Assembly (NCBI GenBank): GCA_041743505.1
Contig: JBGTMQ010000017.1
Location: 85,368-149,367, forward strand
Origin: Candidatus Saccharimonadia bacterium
Lineage (GTDB): Bacteria > Patescibacteriota > Saccharimonadia > UBA4664
Reading direction: 5' to 3'
Length of the DNA stretch: 64,000 nucleotides
The notes below the pieces were generated by a model. The model worked only from the letters and a program-made list of their open reading frames with translations. It was not told the DNA's origin and did no database searches. Position numbers and translations under genes: made by a program. Below are positions 56,296-64,000 of the stretch, piece by piece (positions within the stretch are counted from its first letter, which is position 1; each line of letters opens with the position of its first letter).

Positions 56296-56745
56296 ATGCC
56301 GAATAATCGTAAGATAATTATGATCGTAGCGGTGGCCATACTCATCGCCCTCGCCGCCTTCATCACCATCACCAGCTCACCGTCAGGATCCAAAGTCGGC
56401 TCAACACCGTCACCCACCCCGGGACCAGGCGTTCAGTATTCCGGCACCGATGCCCTTATTCGACAAGGCGTCTCGTCAAACAATCTCGAAAACCTCAAAT
56501 TCGCCATTTTCAAATTTAACCGCGATGCCAAAACGGTTACCATCGCCAACGCTGATCATGCCCACAGCATGGCCCCGGATGGCGCCGCCATAGACTCAGT
56601 AGCCTTTGACATAACCATCGACCAAACCACCTACAAAGGTGACCTCCTTAGTGTTGGCCTTGAATCCGCCAAACTAACCCTTAAAGACCCCAAAACCAAA
56701 ACCCTGGTATACGACTCAGGAGTGGTTAAGGTCGATCGCAAATAA
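56296..56745 (+). CDS. hypothetical bitopic membrane protein
   Basis: 149 aa, N-terminal TM helix. Last gene of the plus-strand T4SS-like block. Confidence 0.4.
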   Translation: MPNNRKIIMIVAVAILIALAAFITITSSPSGSKVGSTPSPTPGPGVQYSGTDALIRQGVSSNNLENLKFAIFKFNRDAKTVTIANADHAHSMAPDGAAIDSVAFDITIDQTTYKGDLLSVGLESAKLTLKDPKTKTLVYDSGVVKVDRK

Positions 56746-56756
56746 TAACGGTTTAC

Positions 56757-57017
56757 TTACAAACTCTGGATACTGATCGCCAGCCGCGTATCAGCTAGAT
56801 CATGCCGCCGCAACAATTCAATCTGGCGCATCCTAAGCTCCGACGCCACCGCCGAATTCGGCGTAATAATCCGCAACGTTCCCTGATGCAACTGCTTCAC
56901 CCGGGCTTGTCCCGAATACCATTCATCCAGCGTCGCCTGAACCTGAGTCAACACGTCCGCCCGGTCCATACCCAACTGCTCCCGCTTTTTGGCAAAATAA
57001 TCCTCAAACATGCACAC
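56757..57017 (-). CDS. DUF721 domain protein (DciA-like), recF-associated
   Basis: 86 aa, located immediately downstream of recF as in many dnaA-dnaN-recF-DUF721-gyrB clusters. The TLRIITPNSAVASEL core matches DUF721. Confidence 0.5.
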   Translation of the reverse strand: MCMFEDYFAKKREQLGMDRADVLTQVQATLDEWYSGQARVKQLHQGTLRIITPNSAVASELRMRQIELLRRHDLADTRLAISIQSL

Positions 57018-58080
57018 CCTCAGCCGTCGAAATAATACTATGCGGCGCCTTAATCTCCCGCGTCACTGCATCCGCGTCCGTCGTCGTAATCAGCGTCTGG
57101 TGATCCCGCAAACGCTCTAGTAAATACCCGCGCCGGTTACGGTCCAACTCGCTAAACACGTCATCCAAAAGCAAGATCGGCCGGATACCGGTTTTAGTCT
57201 CCGCATAGCCCACCTCAGCCAGCTTCAGGGCCAACACCACCGTGCGCGTCTCGCCCCGCGACGCCACAGCCGAAATGTCATTGTTTTTAAAATGTACCCT
57301 AAAATCCTCGCGGTGCGGCCCGATAGTCGTAAACCCGGCGCCCAGATCCCGCATCAAGTTGTTATTAAGCGCCTCCATAAAGGCATCTCCGTACGAATCA
57401 CCCGCCACACTAGGCAGATACTCCAGCTCTAGATCTACCACCGAACCGGCAATATCGCCGTACAGGCCGGGCAGGGAAGCATTAAGCTGGACCAGCAAGT
57501 CCTGGCGCTGCTGATAAATCTCCGAGGCTAGCTCCGTCAGCTTCAGATCCCAGGCAAAGATCTGCCGGCGCAAAGCTTCCATCTCCAGTCCCTCCAGGAG
57601 CGCGTTGCGCTGCTTCAGGACGCGCCGGTATGCCTGAAGCGTCTTCAGATACCCCCGGTCGGTCTGGCACAACAAAAAATCCAAGTATTTGCGGCGCCCA
57701 TCCGGCGGCCCAGCCGTCAGCTCCAAATCAGTCGGCTCAAACAACGTCACCTGAATCTGCCCCACATGACCCACCAGCGTGCGCTTGGTTCCGTCATGCG
57801 TAATACGCTTCTCAAGCGGACCACCCGCTACACTCAAACCCAGCGCATATTCCACCTCATCCCCAGATCCCACAATCCGAAAATGGTCCTGCTCATGCCG
57901 GATCAGGTCCCGGTCCTTCGCCCGAAACGATTTCGTCGATGCCAGCGTATACAAACTCTCCAGCAAATTAGTCTTACCGCTGGCATTCGGGCCCACCACC
58001 AGCGTCACCGCCGGATGCAGCTCATACCGCGCCCGCTCATAGGACCTAAAATTCGTTAACTCCAGCTCGCGCATCGTCAT
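57004..58080 (-). CDS. recF: DNA replication and repair protein RecF
   Basis: LELTNFRSYE...VVGPNASGKTNLLESL Walker A, plus an ABC-type signature region. 358 aa. Confidence 0.85.
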   Translation of the reverse strand: MTMRELELTNFRSYERARYELHPAVTLVVGPNASGKTNLLESLYTLASTKSFRAKDRDLIRHEQDHFRIVGSGDEVEYALGLSVAGGPLEKRITHDGTKRTLVGHVGQIQVTLFEPTDLELTAGPPDGRRKYLDFLLCQTDRGYLKTLQAYRRVLKQRNALLEGLEMEALRRQIFAWDLKLTELASEIYQQRQDLLVQLNASLPGLYGDIAGSVVDLELEYLPSVAGDSYGDAFMEALNNNLMRDLGAGFTTIGPHREDFRVHFKNNDISAVASRGETRTVVLALKLAEVGYAETKTGIRPILLLDDVFSELDRNRRGYLLERLRDHQTLITTTDADAVTREIKAPHSIISTAEGVHV

Positions 58081-58306
58081 AGCTACATTGTATCTGATAT
58101 TCGCACGCGACCTACCCCGGTAACCTCAGCTCATCTTTTGCACCCCAGCCACGCCTCAAGCTTCGCCATTTCCATGTACGCTACCTACTAGAATTTTTCT
58201 AGTCATTGTATTTTTCAAGTAATATATTATAATAAATACCTTGGCAAAGCCACAATTAATCAAGTCTTTTCGCTTACGCTCGCTCAACTAGAAAAATTCT
58301 AGTACC

Positions 58307-58642
58307 ATGCCAGCCATGTCATCTCTTGCTCCGCTCCAATCAATCCGGTTTTGCATCCTGCTCGCTCTAGCCAAAGCACCAATGTGCGGCGCCGATATCG
58401 AACGCCAAATCATGGAAGATAGCCGTAGCAGCATTTACATTCATTTCACGACAATCTATAAAACACTCAAATCTCTCAAGCAAAAAGGTTTGATCACCCA
58501 AGCATCACGCCCGTACAGTCTATTATTTGGCCACCCAACAACGACCTATCAACTCACCAACCAAGGCCAACGCATCCTCAAAAACGAAATTTTGCGCCTA
58601 AAATCCGCCCTAACCATCGCCAATCAACGAATTACAGAATAA
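58307..58642 (+). CDS. PadR-like winged-helix transcriptional regulator
   Basis: FCILLALAKAPMCGADIERQI...IYKTLKSLKQKGLI pattern. Two ACTAGAAnnnnnTTCTAGT palindromes lie in its upstream region. Confidence 0.45.
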   Translation: MPAMSSLAPLQSIRFCILLALAKAPMCGADIERQIMEDSRSSIYIHFTTIYKTLKSLKQKGLITQASRPYSLLFGHPTTTYQLTNQGQRILKNEILRLKSALTIANQRITE

Positions 58643-58661
58643 TAACCACCCCACCCAAAAC

Positions 58662-59771
58662 CTAAGTTCTAAGCGGCATCACAATATGAATATAATCATC
58701 AGCCGCTTCATCGCCAGCAGGAGACAAGACGCACGGGTTCAGCTTACCGCTAATCGCAAATGTCACCCGCGGCGACTTAATCACACTCAGCGCATCCTGC
58801 AAATAGCGGGCATTGAGCGAAATCTCTCCATCCTCGCCCGCAACTTCACATTCAGCCGTACTCTTATTGCCACCCACCTCTGAGTCACTAGTCACAATAC
58901 TTACTTCGCCCTCAGGCTTAATCTCAAGCTTAATACTCCCGGCACTCTCGCGCGCAAACAGGCTGGCCACCTTGGTAATACGGCTAAACTCGGCCGTATC
59001 AATATCAAACGACGTCTCTGCCCGCTGTGGAATAATCTGGCGGTAGCTAATAAACTTGCCCTCAATCAACCGCGAAATAAGCTCAACCTCACCCACCCGA
59101 AACATTACCTGGTTCTCGTCCAAGTACAACTCCACATCGCCACTAGACTCATTCAGAAGCCGTACCAGCTCTTGTATTGTCCGGACCGGCACAATCACCG
59201 ACAACTCACGTGACGGCTCCTCAGCCAGCTCTAAACGCTTCTCAGCCAAGCGGTATGAGTCGGTTGCCACGGCATACAGCACCGCGCCCTCAGTATACAA
59301 ATGCACGCCGGCCAAAACCGGCCGGGCTTCATCAACCGAAGCTGCCACTACCACCTGTGCCAGCGCCTCACGCAAAACCCCGTTATCCAATTTCAATACC
59401 GGATCGGACGCCACTTGCGGTATAGTTGGAAACTCTTCGGCCGTGATGCCATTAATCGTTGATTCATAATGAGGCGTTCGCACTGTCAAGTTAGCCTCGT
59501 CTGCTTCCAAATCAATATTCCCGTGCGGCAGACTCGAAACAAACTCCGCAAACAAACGGGCGGGAACTGTTAATGACCCCTGTTGGTCAATTTTAGAGCC
59601 AATCCAATAATTAATCCCAATCTCCAAATTAGTCGCCGACAACCGCAGCCGGTTACCATCCGTCGTTAGGAGTACATTTGATAGCACTGGCAAGCTGGAG
59701 CGGCTGGATACAACCCGGCCAACACTAGCCAGGGCACGAGATAAATTCTCCTGAGTTAGGCTAAGCCTCAT
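58662..59771 (-). CDS. dnaN: DNA polymerase III subunit beta (sliding clamp)
   Basis: 369 aa, three-domain clamp. N-terminal LSLTQENLSRALASVGRVVSSRSSLPVLSNVLL. Confidence 0.85.
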   Translation of the reverse strand: MRLSLTQENLSRALASVGRVVSSRSSLPVLSNVLLTTDGNRLRLSATNLEIGINYWIGSKIDQQGSLTVPARLFAEFVSSLPHGNIDLEADEANLTVRTPHYESTINGITAEEFPTIPQVASDPVLKLDNGVLREALAQVVVAASVDEARPVLAGVHLYTEGAVLYAVATDSYRLAEKRLELAEEPSRELSVIVPVRTIQELVRLLNESSGDVELYLDENQVMFRVGEVELISRLIEGKFISYRQIIPQRAETSFDIDTAEFSRITKVASLFARESAGSIKLEIKPEGEVSIVTSDSEVGGNKSTAECEVAGEDGEISLNARYLQDALSVIKSPRVTFAISGKLNPCVLSPAGDEAADDYIHIVMPLRT

Positions 59772-60120
59772 CTTTCCACTCCTTAACCGATTTACTTCAT
59801 TATACAGATAATACTTAAAAATAATCGTAATAATAGTAAGCTCTGTGGAAACTGGGCAAAAGTCTGTTTTTGGCTTAAACCCATCTATAAAACGCCAATG
59901 CTAATTGAGGATAACCAGTGGGTAGCCCTGGGGTACGCCTGTGTCCGCATCCGGGAAAAGATATTCTCAGCCTGTGGGAAACCAACCAAAATGCTTGTGT
60001 TTCCCACACCATTCCCCAGGTTTTACCCACCATTTTTACCCAGTCGGGGATAATCAAAATTAAAGGGGCCGTAGCCCCTCCAACCTAACTAGATTGATCC
60101 GGGACTACGGCCACATAAAA

Positions 60121-60675
60121 TCATTGATGCATACTCGATGGCGGCAACGATGGGGCATTCCCATATACAACCACACCATCAAGACGTTCATCAGCCTCCA
60201 GCACTCTCGAGTAGTCGGTGGTATAGGGGTCTTTAAGAGTAACTCGTGGGTTGATACCACTGCGGGTAAGCAGGGTCACCGCCTTCCATTCAATTGGCAG
60301 CTTGGCTGACCAACTGGCATAAACGACGCGGGTGCGCTCGTCAAATGCCACCTCAACACTTGCCGCGTCTACCCTAACGCCGCGGCCGTCACACAGTCTC
60401 TGAAGGGTGAAGCTCTTTTTCTCGCCACTAAGAGAAATGGTGAGGTATGCCACGATATTATCGCCAGTGTCTTCCCGGGGTGGGTCTAATCCCGGGTCGC
60501 AAACCGCACTGGTGATCGGAGGTGGATTATCGAGGCGGTGGTAGTACCACGGAATCCCGATGGCCACCAGTCCGAGACAAAGCAAGCTAACAAACAACGC
60601 CGCAATGCTAAACGCCAGGGTGGAATTGATCTTCTTCAAAGGAACTCCCTGATAGTAGGAATAAACCAGACGCAC
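60121..60675 (-). CDS. hypothetical membrane-anchored protein
   Basis: 184 aa, N-terminal TM helix. Located between dnaA and dnaN. Confidence 0.4.
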   Translation of the reverse strand: MRLVYSYYQGVPLKKINSTLAFSIAALFVSLLCLGLVAIGIPWYYHRLDNPPPITSAVCDPGLDPPREDTGDNIVAYLTISLSGEKKSFTLQRLCDGRGVRVDAASVEVAFDERTRVVYASWSAKLPIEWKAVTLLTRSGINPRVTLKDPYTTDYSRVLEADERLDGVVVYGNAPSLPPSSMHQ

Positions 60676-60718
60676 AGAGTAATAGTTAATTATAGCACAT
60701 TTACATACAATTGTCTAC

Positions 60719-62104
60719 TCAAGCTACTTGAGCAAGCTGCTCTTTTATAGCACTCACATCCATCCGCAAGTTCTCATCATCCTCAATTTGCTTCTCAATC
60801 TTACTCACCGAGTGCATAGCCGTAGTATGGTCTCGCCCGCCCACAGCTGCCGCGATCTTCGGAAAACTCAACCCCATCTCGTGGCGCATCAAATACATTA
60901 CGATCTGTCGCGGCACTACAATCTCCTTGTCGCGCTTACTGCCAAGAATGTCCGCCATCTGTAAGTCAAAATAAGCCGCTGTCCGTTCAATCACCACTTT
61001 CGGCGTCATCGGCTTAAACTTAGGCTTCGCTGCCGCCTGTCCAGCCAAAAGCTGCGTGGCCAAAGGCACGTTGGGCTCGATACCCCGTACCTCACAGGCT
61101 CCTAATAATTGCGTCAAAGAGCCTTCTAGCTCCCGAATGTTCTGAGGCATTTGGCGAGCCAAATAATCAATTACATCCAGGGGCAAGATTTTTCCTTGAG
61201 AAGCTGCTTTGGCCTGCAGGATTGCCGAGCGCGTCTCCAGGTCCGGCGGTTGTACGTCGGCCGTCATACCCATGGCAAACCGTGATCGCAACCGGTCCTC
61301 AAGCTGCACCAACAGTTGTGGTGGCTTGTCACTAGAAATAATTATCTGCTTATTGGTTTGGTGCAGTGCGTTAAAGGTATGAAAGAATTCATCCTGAGTT
61401 GCCTCCTTGCCGGCCAGAAACTGCATATCATCAATAATTAACACATCTACATTGCGGTACTTATCAACAAAGGCTGAATTCTTCTTCTTTTGAATAGCGC
61501 CAATAAATTCATTGGTAAAGCTTTCGCTCGATACATACTCAATGCGTTTAGACGGGTCATGCCGCAAAATTTCATTACCCACGGCTTGCATCAAGTGCGT
61601 CTTGCCCAGGCCCACGCCGCCATACAAATACAACGGGTTGTACTTAGTGCCCGGACTCTTGGCCACCGCCTGGCATGCCGCATAAGCCAGCTCATTAGAT
61701 GACCCGACCACAAATGAAGCAAAGGTGTAGCGAGGGTTTAGATTGGTGTTTGGACTAGCTGCCTGAATGGGTAAGCTCGCTTGAGCAGTTTTGGGTTTGG
61801 CTGCCGGCACCTCGGTCCGCTTAGTTGCATGTCCGGCTGGAGCCGTGGCTGGTATCGAGCTAACCTTATATTCAACCGTCTGGACGCCGGTATTCATCTT
61901 GGCCAGCGTAGTTTTTATATCGTTGTGGAACTTGTCTTCCAGCCATTTTTTAGCCATAGCATGAGGCACCGCAATAGTAATATGCCCATTCTCGTTTCCG
62001 ATAATAGTGGTGTTTTTAAACCAGGTAGCAAAGTTAGCCCGGGAAATAGTGACCTCAAGTTCACCCAGGACAGCCTGCCACAACACCTTATGATCCATAC
62101 ACAC
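60719..62104 (-). CDS. dnaA: chromosomal replication initiator protein DnaA
   Basis: AAA+ Walker A GGVGLGKTHL, Walker B LIIDDMQF, C-terminal DNA-binding domain; 461 aa. Confidence 0.9.
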   Translation of the reverse strand: MCMDHKVLWQAVLGELEVTISRANFATWFKNTTIIGNENGHITIAVPHAMAKKWLEDKFHNDIKTTLAKMNTGVQTVEYKVSSIPATAPAGHATKRTEVPAAKPKTAQASLPIQAASPNTNLNPRYTFASFVVGSSNELAYAACQAVAKSPGTKYNPLYLYGGVGLGKTHLMQAVGNEILRHDPSKRIEYVSSESFTNEFIGAIQKKKNSAFVDKYRNVDVLIIDDMQFLAGKEATQDEFFHTFNALHQTNKQIIISSDKPPQLLVQLEDRLRSRFAMGMTADVQPPDLETRSAILQAKAASQGKILPLDVIDYLARQMPQNIRELEGSLTQLLGACEVRGIEPNVPLATQLLAGQAAAKPKFKPMTPKVVIERTAAYFDLQMADILGSKRDKEIVVPRQIVMYLMRHEMGLSFPKIAAAVGGRDHTTAMHSVSKIEKQIEDDENLRMDVSAIKEQLAQVA

Positions 62105-62337
62105 TCCTCAAACGTTGGTACCTATCATAACGGAGCACGAGCCTTTTCCACAACCAGTGTTTTCTATCCCAAATGTAGCCTGATTTATACACAGTTTCAC
62201 ACTTCCAACAGATAAAGCTATAGTGGATAAGTCCGGGGATAAGTGGGGAAAAGGCTGGGGAATTGGTTGTGGTTTTGAAGCCTGGCCATAGCCCGGTCAT
62301 TGACTTATGCACTCTCATACCATAAAATATCCAGGTT
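62105..62337. promoter_or_regulatory. oriC-like dnaA/rpmH intergenic region with DnaA-box-like 9-mers
   Basis: TTATCCACT (reverse complement of AGTGGATAA at ~62223), TTATCCCC (~62236), TTTTCCACA (~62144), TTATACACA (~62195). Also holds the rpmH promoter TTGACT-17-TAAAAT at 62300..62328. Confidence 0.55.
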
Positions 62338-62475
62338 ATGTCGAAGCGAACGTACCAGCCAAAGAAAAGCCGCCGCCAGCGGGTCCATGGGTTCTTAGAA
62401 CGCATGGCTAGCCGCGCCGGGCGTCTTGTCCTCAAGCGCCGCCGGCTCAAGCGCCGCAAGCGCGTTGCCATCTAG
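62338..62475 (+). CDS. rpmH: 50S ribosomal protein L34
   Basis: [45 protein letters not shown], 45 aa. It is below the ORF-track size cutoff and is followed by a strong terminator hairpin. Confidence 0.9.
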   Translation: MSKRTYQPKKSRRQRVHGFLERMASRAGRLVLKRRRLKRRKRVAI

Positions 62476-62510
62476 CAAATAAGCCGCTGTCAGCGGCTTA
62501 TTTGCTAGTT
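62476..62510 (+). terminator. rho-independent terminator of rpmH
   Basis: CAAATAAGCCGCTG-TCA-CAGCGGCTTATTTG perfect hairpin. Confidence 0.6.
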
Positions 62511-62532
62511 TAGATAAGAGTAGAATAATCGT

Positions 62533-62880
62533 ATGCTCGGCCCCCAAAACCGTCTCCGCAAACCCCGTGACATTACCCGTGTTTACAAACGGGGCGTCTA
62601 TGGTGGGGCGGAAGGGCTCTTGAGTTTAAAAGCCGTCACCAGTGGCGATGCCCAGTCTCGCGCTGTTATTGTAGTGAGCAAAAAAGTCGATAAAAGGGCT
62701 GTCCTGCGCAATAAAATCCGCCGCCGTCTATCGGCTGCCCTAGCCGAAATTTGGGCGACAGTGCCCGGCGGTTACGATATAGTAGTAAGTGTTCATTCAG
62801 ATATAAGTGGTCTGCCGGCAGCCCGGTTGCGCGAGTTATTGCAGCTCGCGCTGAAACGTGCCCACCTCACCACCGCCTAA
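62533..62880 (+). CDS. rnpA: ribonuclease P protein component
   Basis: 115 aa basic protein, LRKPRDITRVYKRG...KKVDKRAVLRNKIRRRL (RNR motif region). Confidence 0.8.
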   Translation: MLGPQNRLRKPRDITRVYKRGVYGGAEGLLSLKAVTSGDAQSRAVIVVSKKVDKRAVLRNKIRRRLSAALAEIWATVPGGYDIVVSVHSDISGLPAARLRELLQLALKRAHLTTA

Positions 62881-62891
62881 TCGGAGTTTTC

Positions 62892-63710
62892 ATGTTTAAT
62901 ACCCTTTTGGTTGAGCCCTTATTCAACCTATTGGCCGTTATCTACGCCTACCTGCCTATCCACGACTTTGGCCTTGCCATCATCGTCCTCACCATCATCG
63001 TCCGCATCATTTTGTGGCCGCTCGTCAATAAGCAGCTACATTCACAGAAGGCCATGCAAGAATTACAGCCGGAACTTGTGCGCATTCGCTCCGAGGCTAA
63101 GGGCGACAAGCAGCTTGAGGGCCGCATGGTTATGGAGCTCTACAAAGAAAAAGAAATCAACCCGTTCGCCTCATTTCTACCCATCCTCATTCAATTACCC
63201 ATCTTTTTTGCCTTATTCATCGTTCTAAGTGATCTGGTCAAGCCCAACGAGATCGCAAAATTGGCCTATGACCCGGTGGCACAGCTGGGACCTATCGCCG
63301 ACATCATCAAAAGCACTAAGTTCCACCCGGAATTGCTCGGCCTAGTTGACCTTGCCAAACCCTCGGCTGTGGTAGCCGCAATTGCCGCTCTGGCTCAGTT
63401 CTACCAAACCAAACAGCTTCAGCCCAAGCACCCGTCCGACGACCCCCAGGCCCGGATGATGGCCACCATGATCTACCTGTTTCCCATCCTGACCTTTGGT
63501 GCCGGCCTTTACCTGCCTGCCGCCCTCGCCTTGTACTGGGCTACTACTAGCATAGTAGCCATCTGGCAGCAGTACCTGGTGCTAAACCGCGACGTTGTTG
63601 AACTCGAAGCCTCCATCGACCAGCCGAAGCCAAAGCCGGTTGCTAAACTCAAGTCCGGATCCAAGAACAAGGGCGGCCACAAGGCGAAAGCCAAAGGAGG
63701 CAAAGCATGA
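62892..63710 (+). CDS. yidC: membrane protein insertase YidC (short form)
   Basis: MFNTLLVEPLFNLL..., with YidC/Oxa1 core TM helices (IIVLTIIVRIILWPL, PILIQLPIFFALF) and a basic C-terminus. The ORF opens at 62751, but the conserved start is 62892. Confidence 0.8.
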   Translation: MFNTLLVEPLFNLLAVIYAYLPIHDFGLAIIVLTIIVRIILWPLVNKQLHSQKAMQELQPELVRIRSEAKGDKQLEGRMVMELYKEKEINPFASFLPILIQLPIFFALFIVLSDLVKPNEIAKLAYDPVAQLGPIADIIKSTKFHPELLGLVDLAKPSAVVAAIAALAQFYQTKQLQPKHPSDDPQARMMATMIYLFPILTFGAGLYLPAALALYWATTSIVAIWQQYLVLNRDVVELEASIDQPKPKPVAKLKSGSKNKGGHKAKAKGGKA

Positions 63711-64000
63711 CTGAACAAACAACTCTAGAGTTAGCCAAAAAACGGCTCGAGGAGCTGGTATCTTTTTTTGGAGTGAATGCGGATGTTGAGGCGCGGGAAA
63801 CCGATGAAGGCATTGAGCTCGATGTAGGCACGTCTCCCGTCACCCCGCGCCTGATCGGTCATCGTGGTGATACACTGAGGGCCATCGAATTTCTCGTCAA
63901 TCAAATGGTCAAGCACGCCGACGGCGAAGCCCCCCGTGTTTCTGTGGACGTAGCCGGCTACAAGCAAGCCCGTCGCGCCGCCCTGGAAGAAATGGCCCGT
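63707..64000 (+). CDS. jag: Jag/KhpB-like RNA-binding protein (Jag_N plus KH), 3' partial
   Basis: The ATG overlaps the yidC stop. MTEQTTLELAKKRLEELVSFFGV...GHRGDTLRAIEFLVN (KH-like). It runs off the window end. Confidence 0.65.
   Translation, partial: MTEQTTLELAKKRLEELVSFFGVNADVEARETDEGIELDVGTSPVTPRLIGHRGDTLRAIEFLVNQMVKHADGEAPRVSVDVAGYKQARRAALEEMAR

Noticed and set aside
1-64000. CRISPR arrays, transposases or IS elements, integrases, rRNA genes
   Set aside because: No regularly spaced direct repeats with unique spacers, no DDE, Tnp or integrase motifs, and no rRNA-like sequence were seen in the window.

Overview
This 64 kb window reads as a chromosomal segment of a small-genome bacterium. 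The gene content would fit a Patescibacteria/CPR (Saccharibacteria-like) organism, but that is inference from content only. It is gene-dense: about 65 protein genes, 5 tRNAs, no rRNA, no CRISPR array, no transposase.

The right end carries the replication-origin neighbourhood. On the minus strand sit dnaA, dnaN, recF and a DUF721 gene. Across a DnaA-box-rich intergenic region, rpmH, rnpA, yidC and jag (partial) sit on the plus strand.

The left and centre hold housekeeping and cell-envelope genes:
- two phosphohexomutases, an arginase, a MurE-like Mur ligase, a VanX-like M15 dipeptidase and two FemAB-family genes;
- tsaD, tsaC, an M16 peptidase, fabI and valS;
- an ECF sigma factor, comFC, hsp20, three PadR-like regulators and a TrmB-like regulator.

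The most interesting region runs from about 35.4 to 56.7 kb. It is a Gram-positive/CPR-style type IV secretion-like (T4SS-like) locus with no coupling protein, relaxase or VirB11. Its parts are:
- five tandem paralogous VirB2/TrbC-like pilin genes;
- two large VirB6/TrbL-like polytopic proteins with long hydrophilic tails;
- a VirB3/PrgI-like protein and a VirB4 ATPase encoded as two separate ORFs;
- a 983-aa bitopic protein ending in an M15-like zinc-peptidase motif;
- a secreted lysozyme-like plus CHAP-like cell-wall hydrolase;
- several bitopic membrane proteins.

Embedded in this locus are three monocistronic cassettes. Each has its own near-consensus sigma70 promoter and a nearly identical 40-nt terminator element. 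Two of them encode paralogous proteins that are candidate secreted substrates.

Other recurrent non-coding motifs:
- PadR-type ATGTAAG/CTTACAT operators;
- a shared structured terminator element after two unrelated genes;
- a shared 5' leader motif;
- operator-like palindromes.
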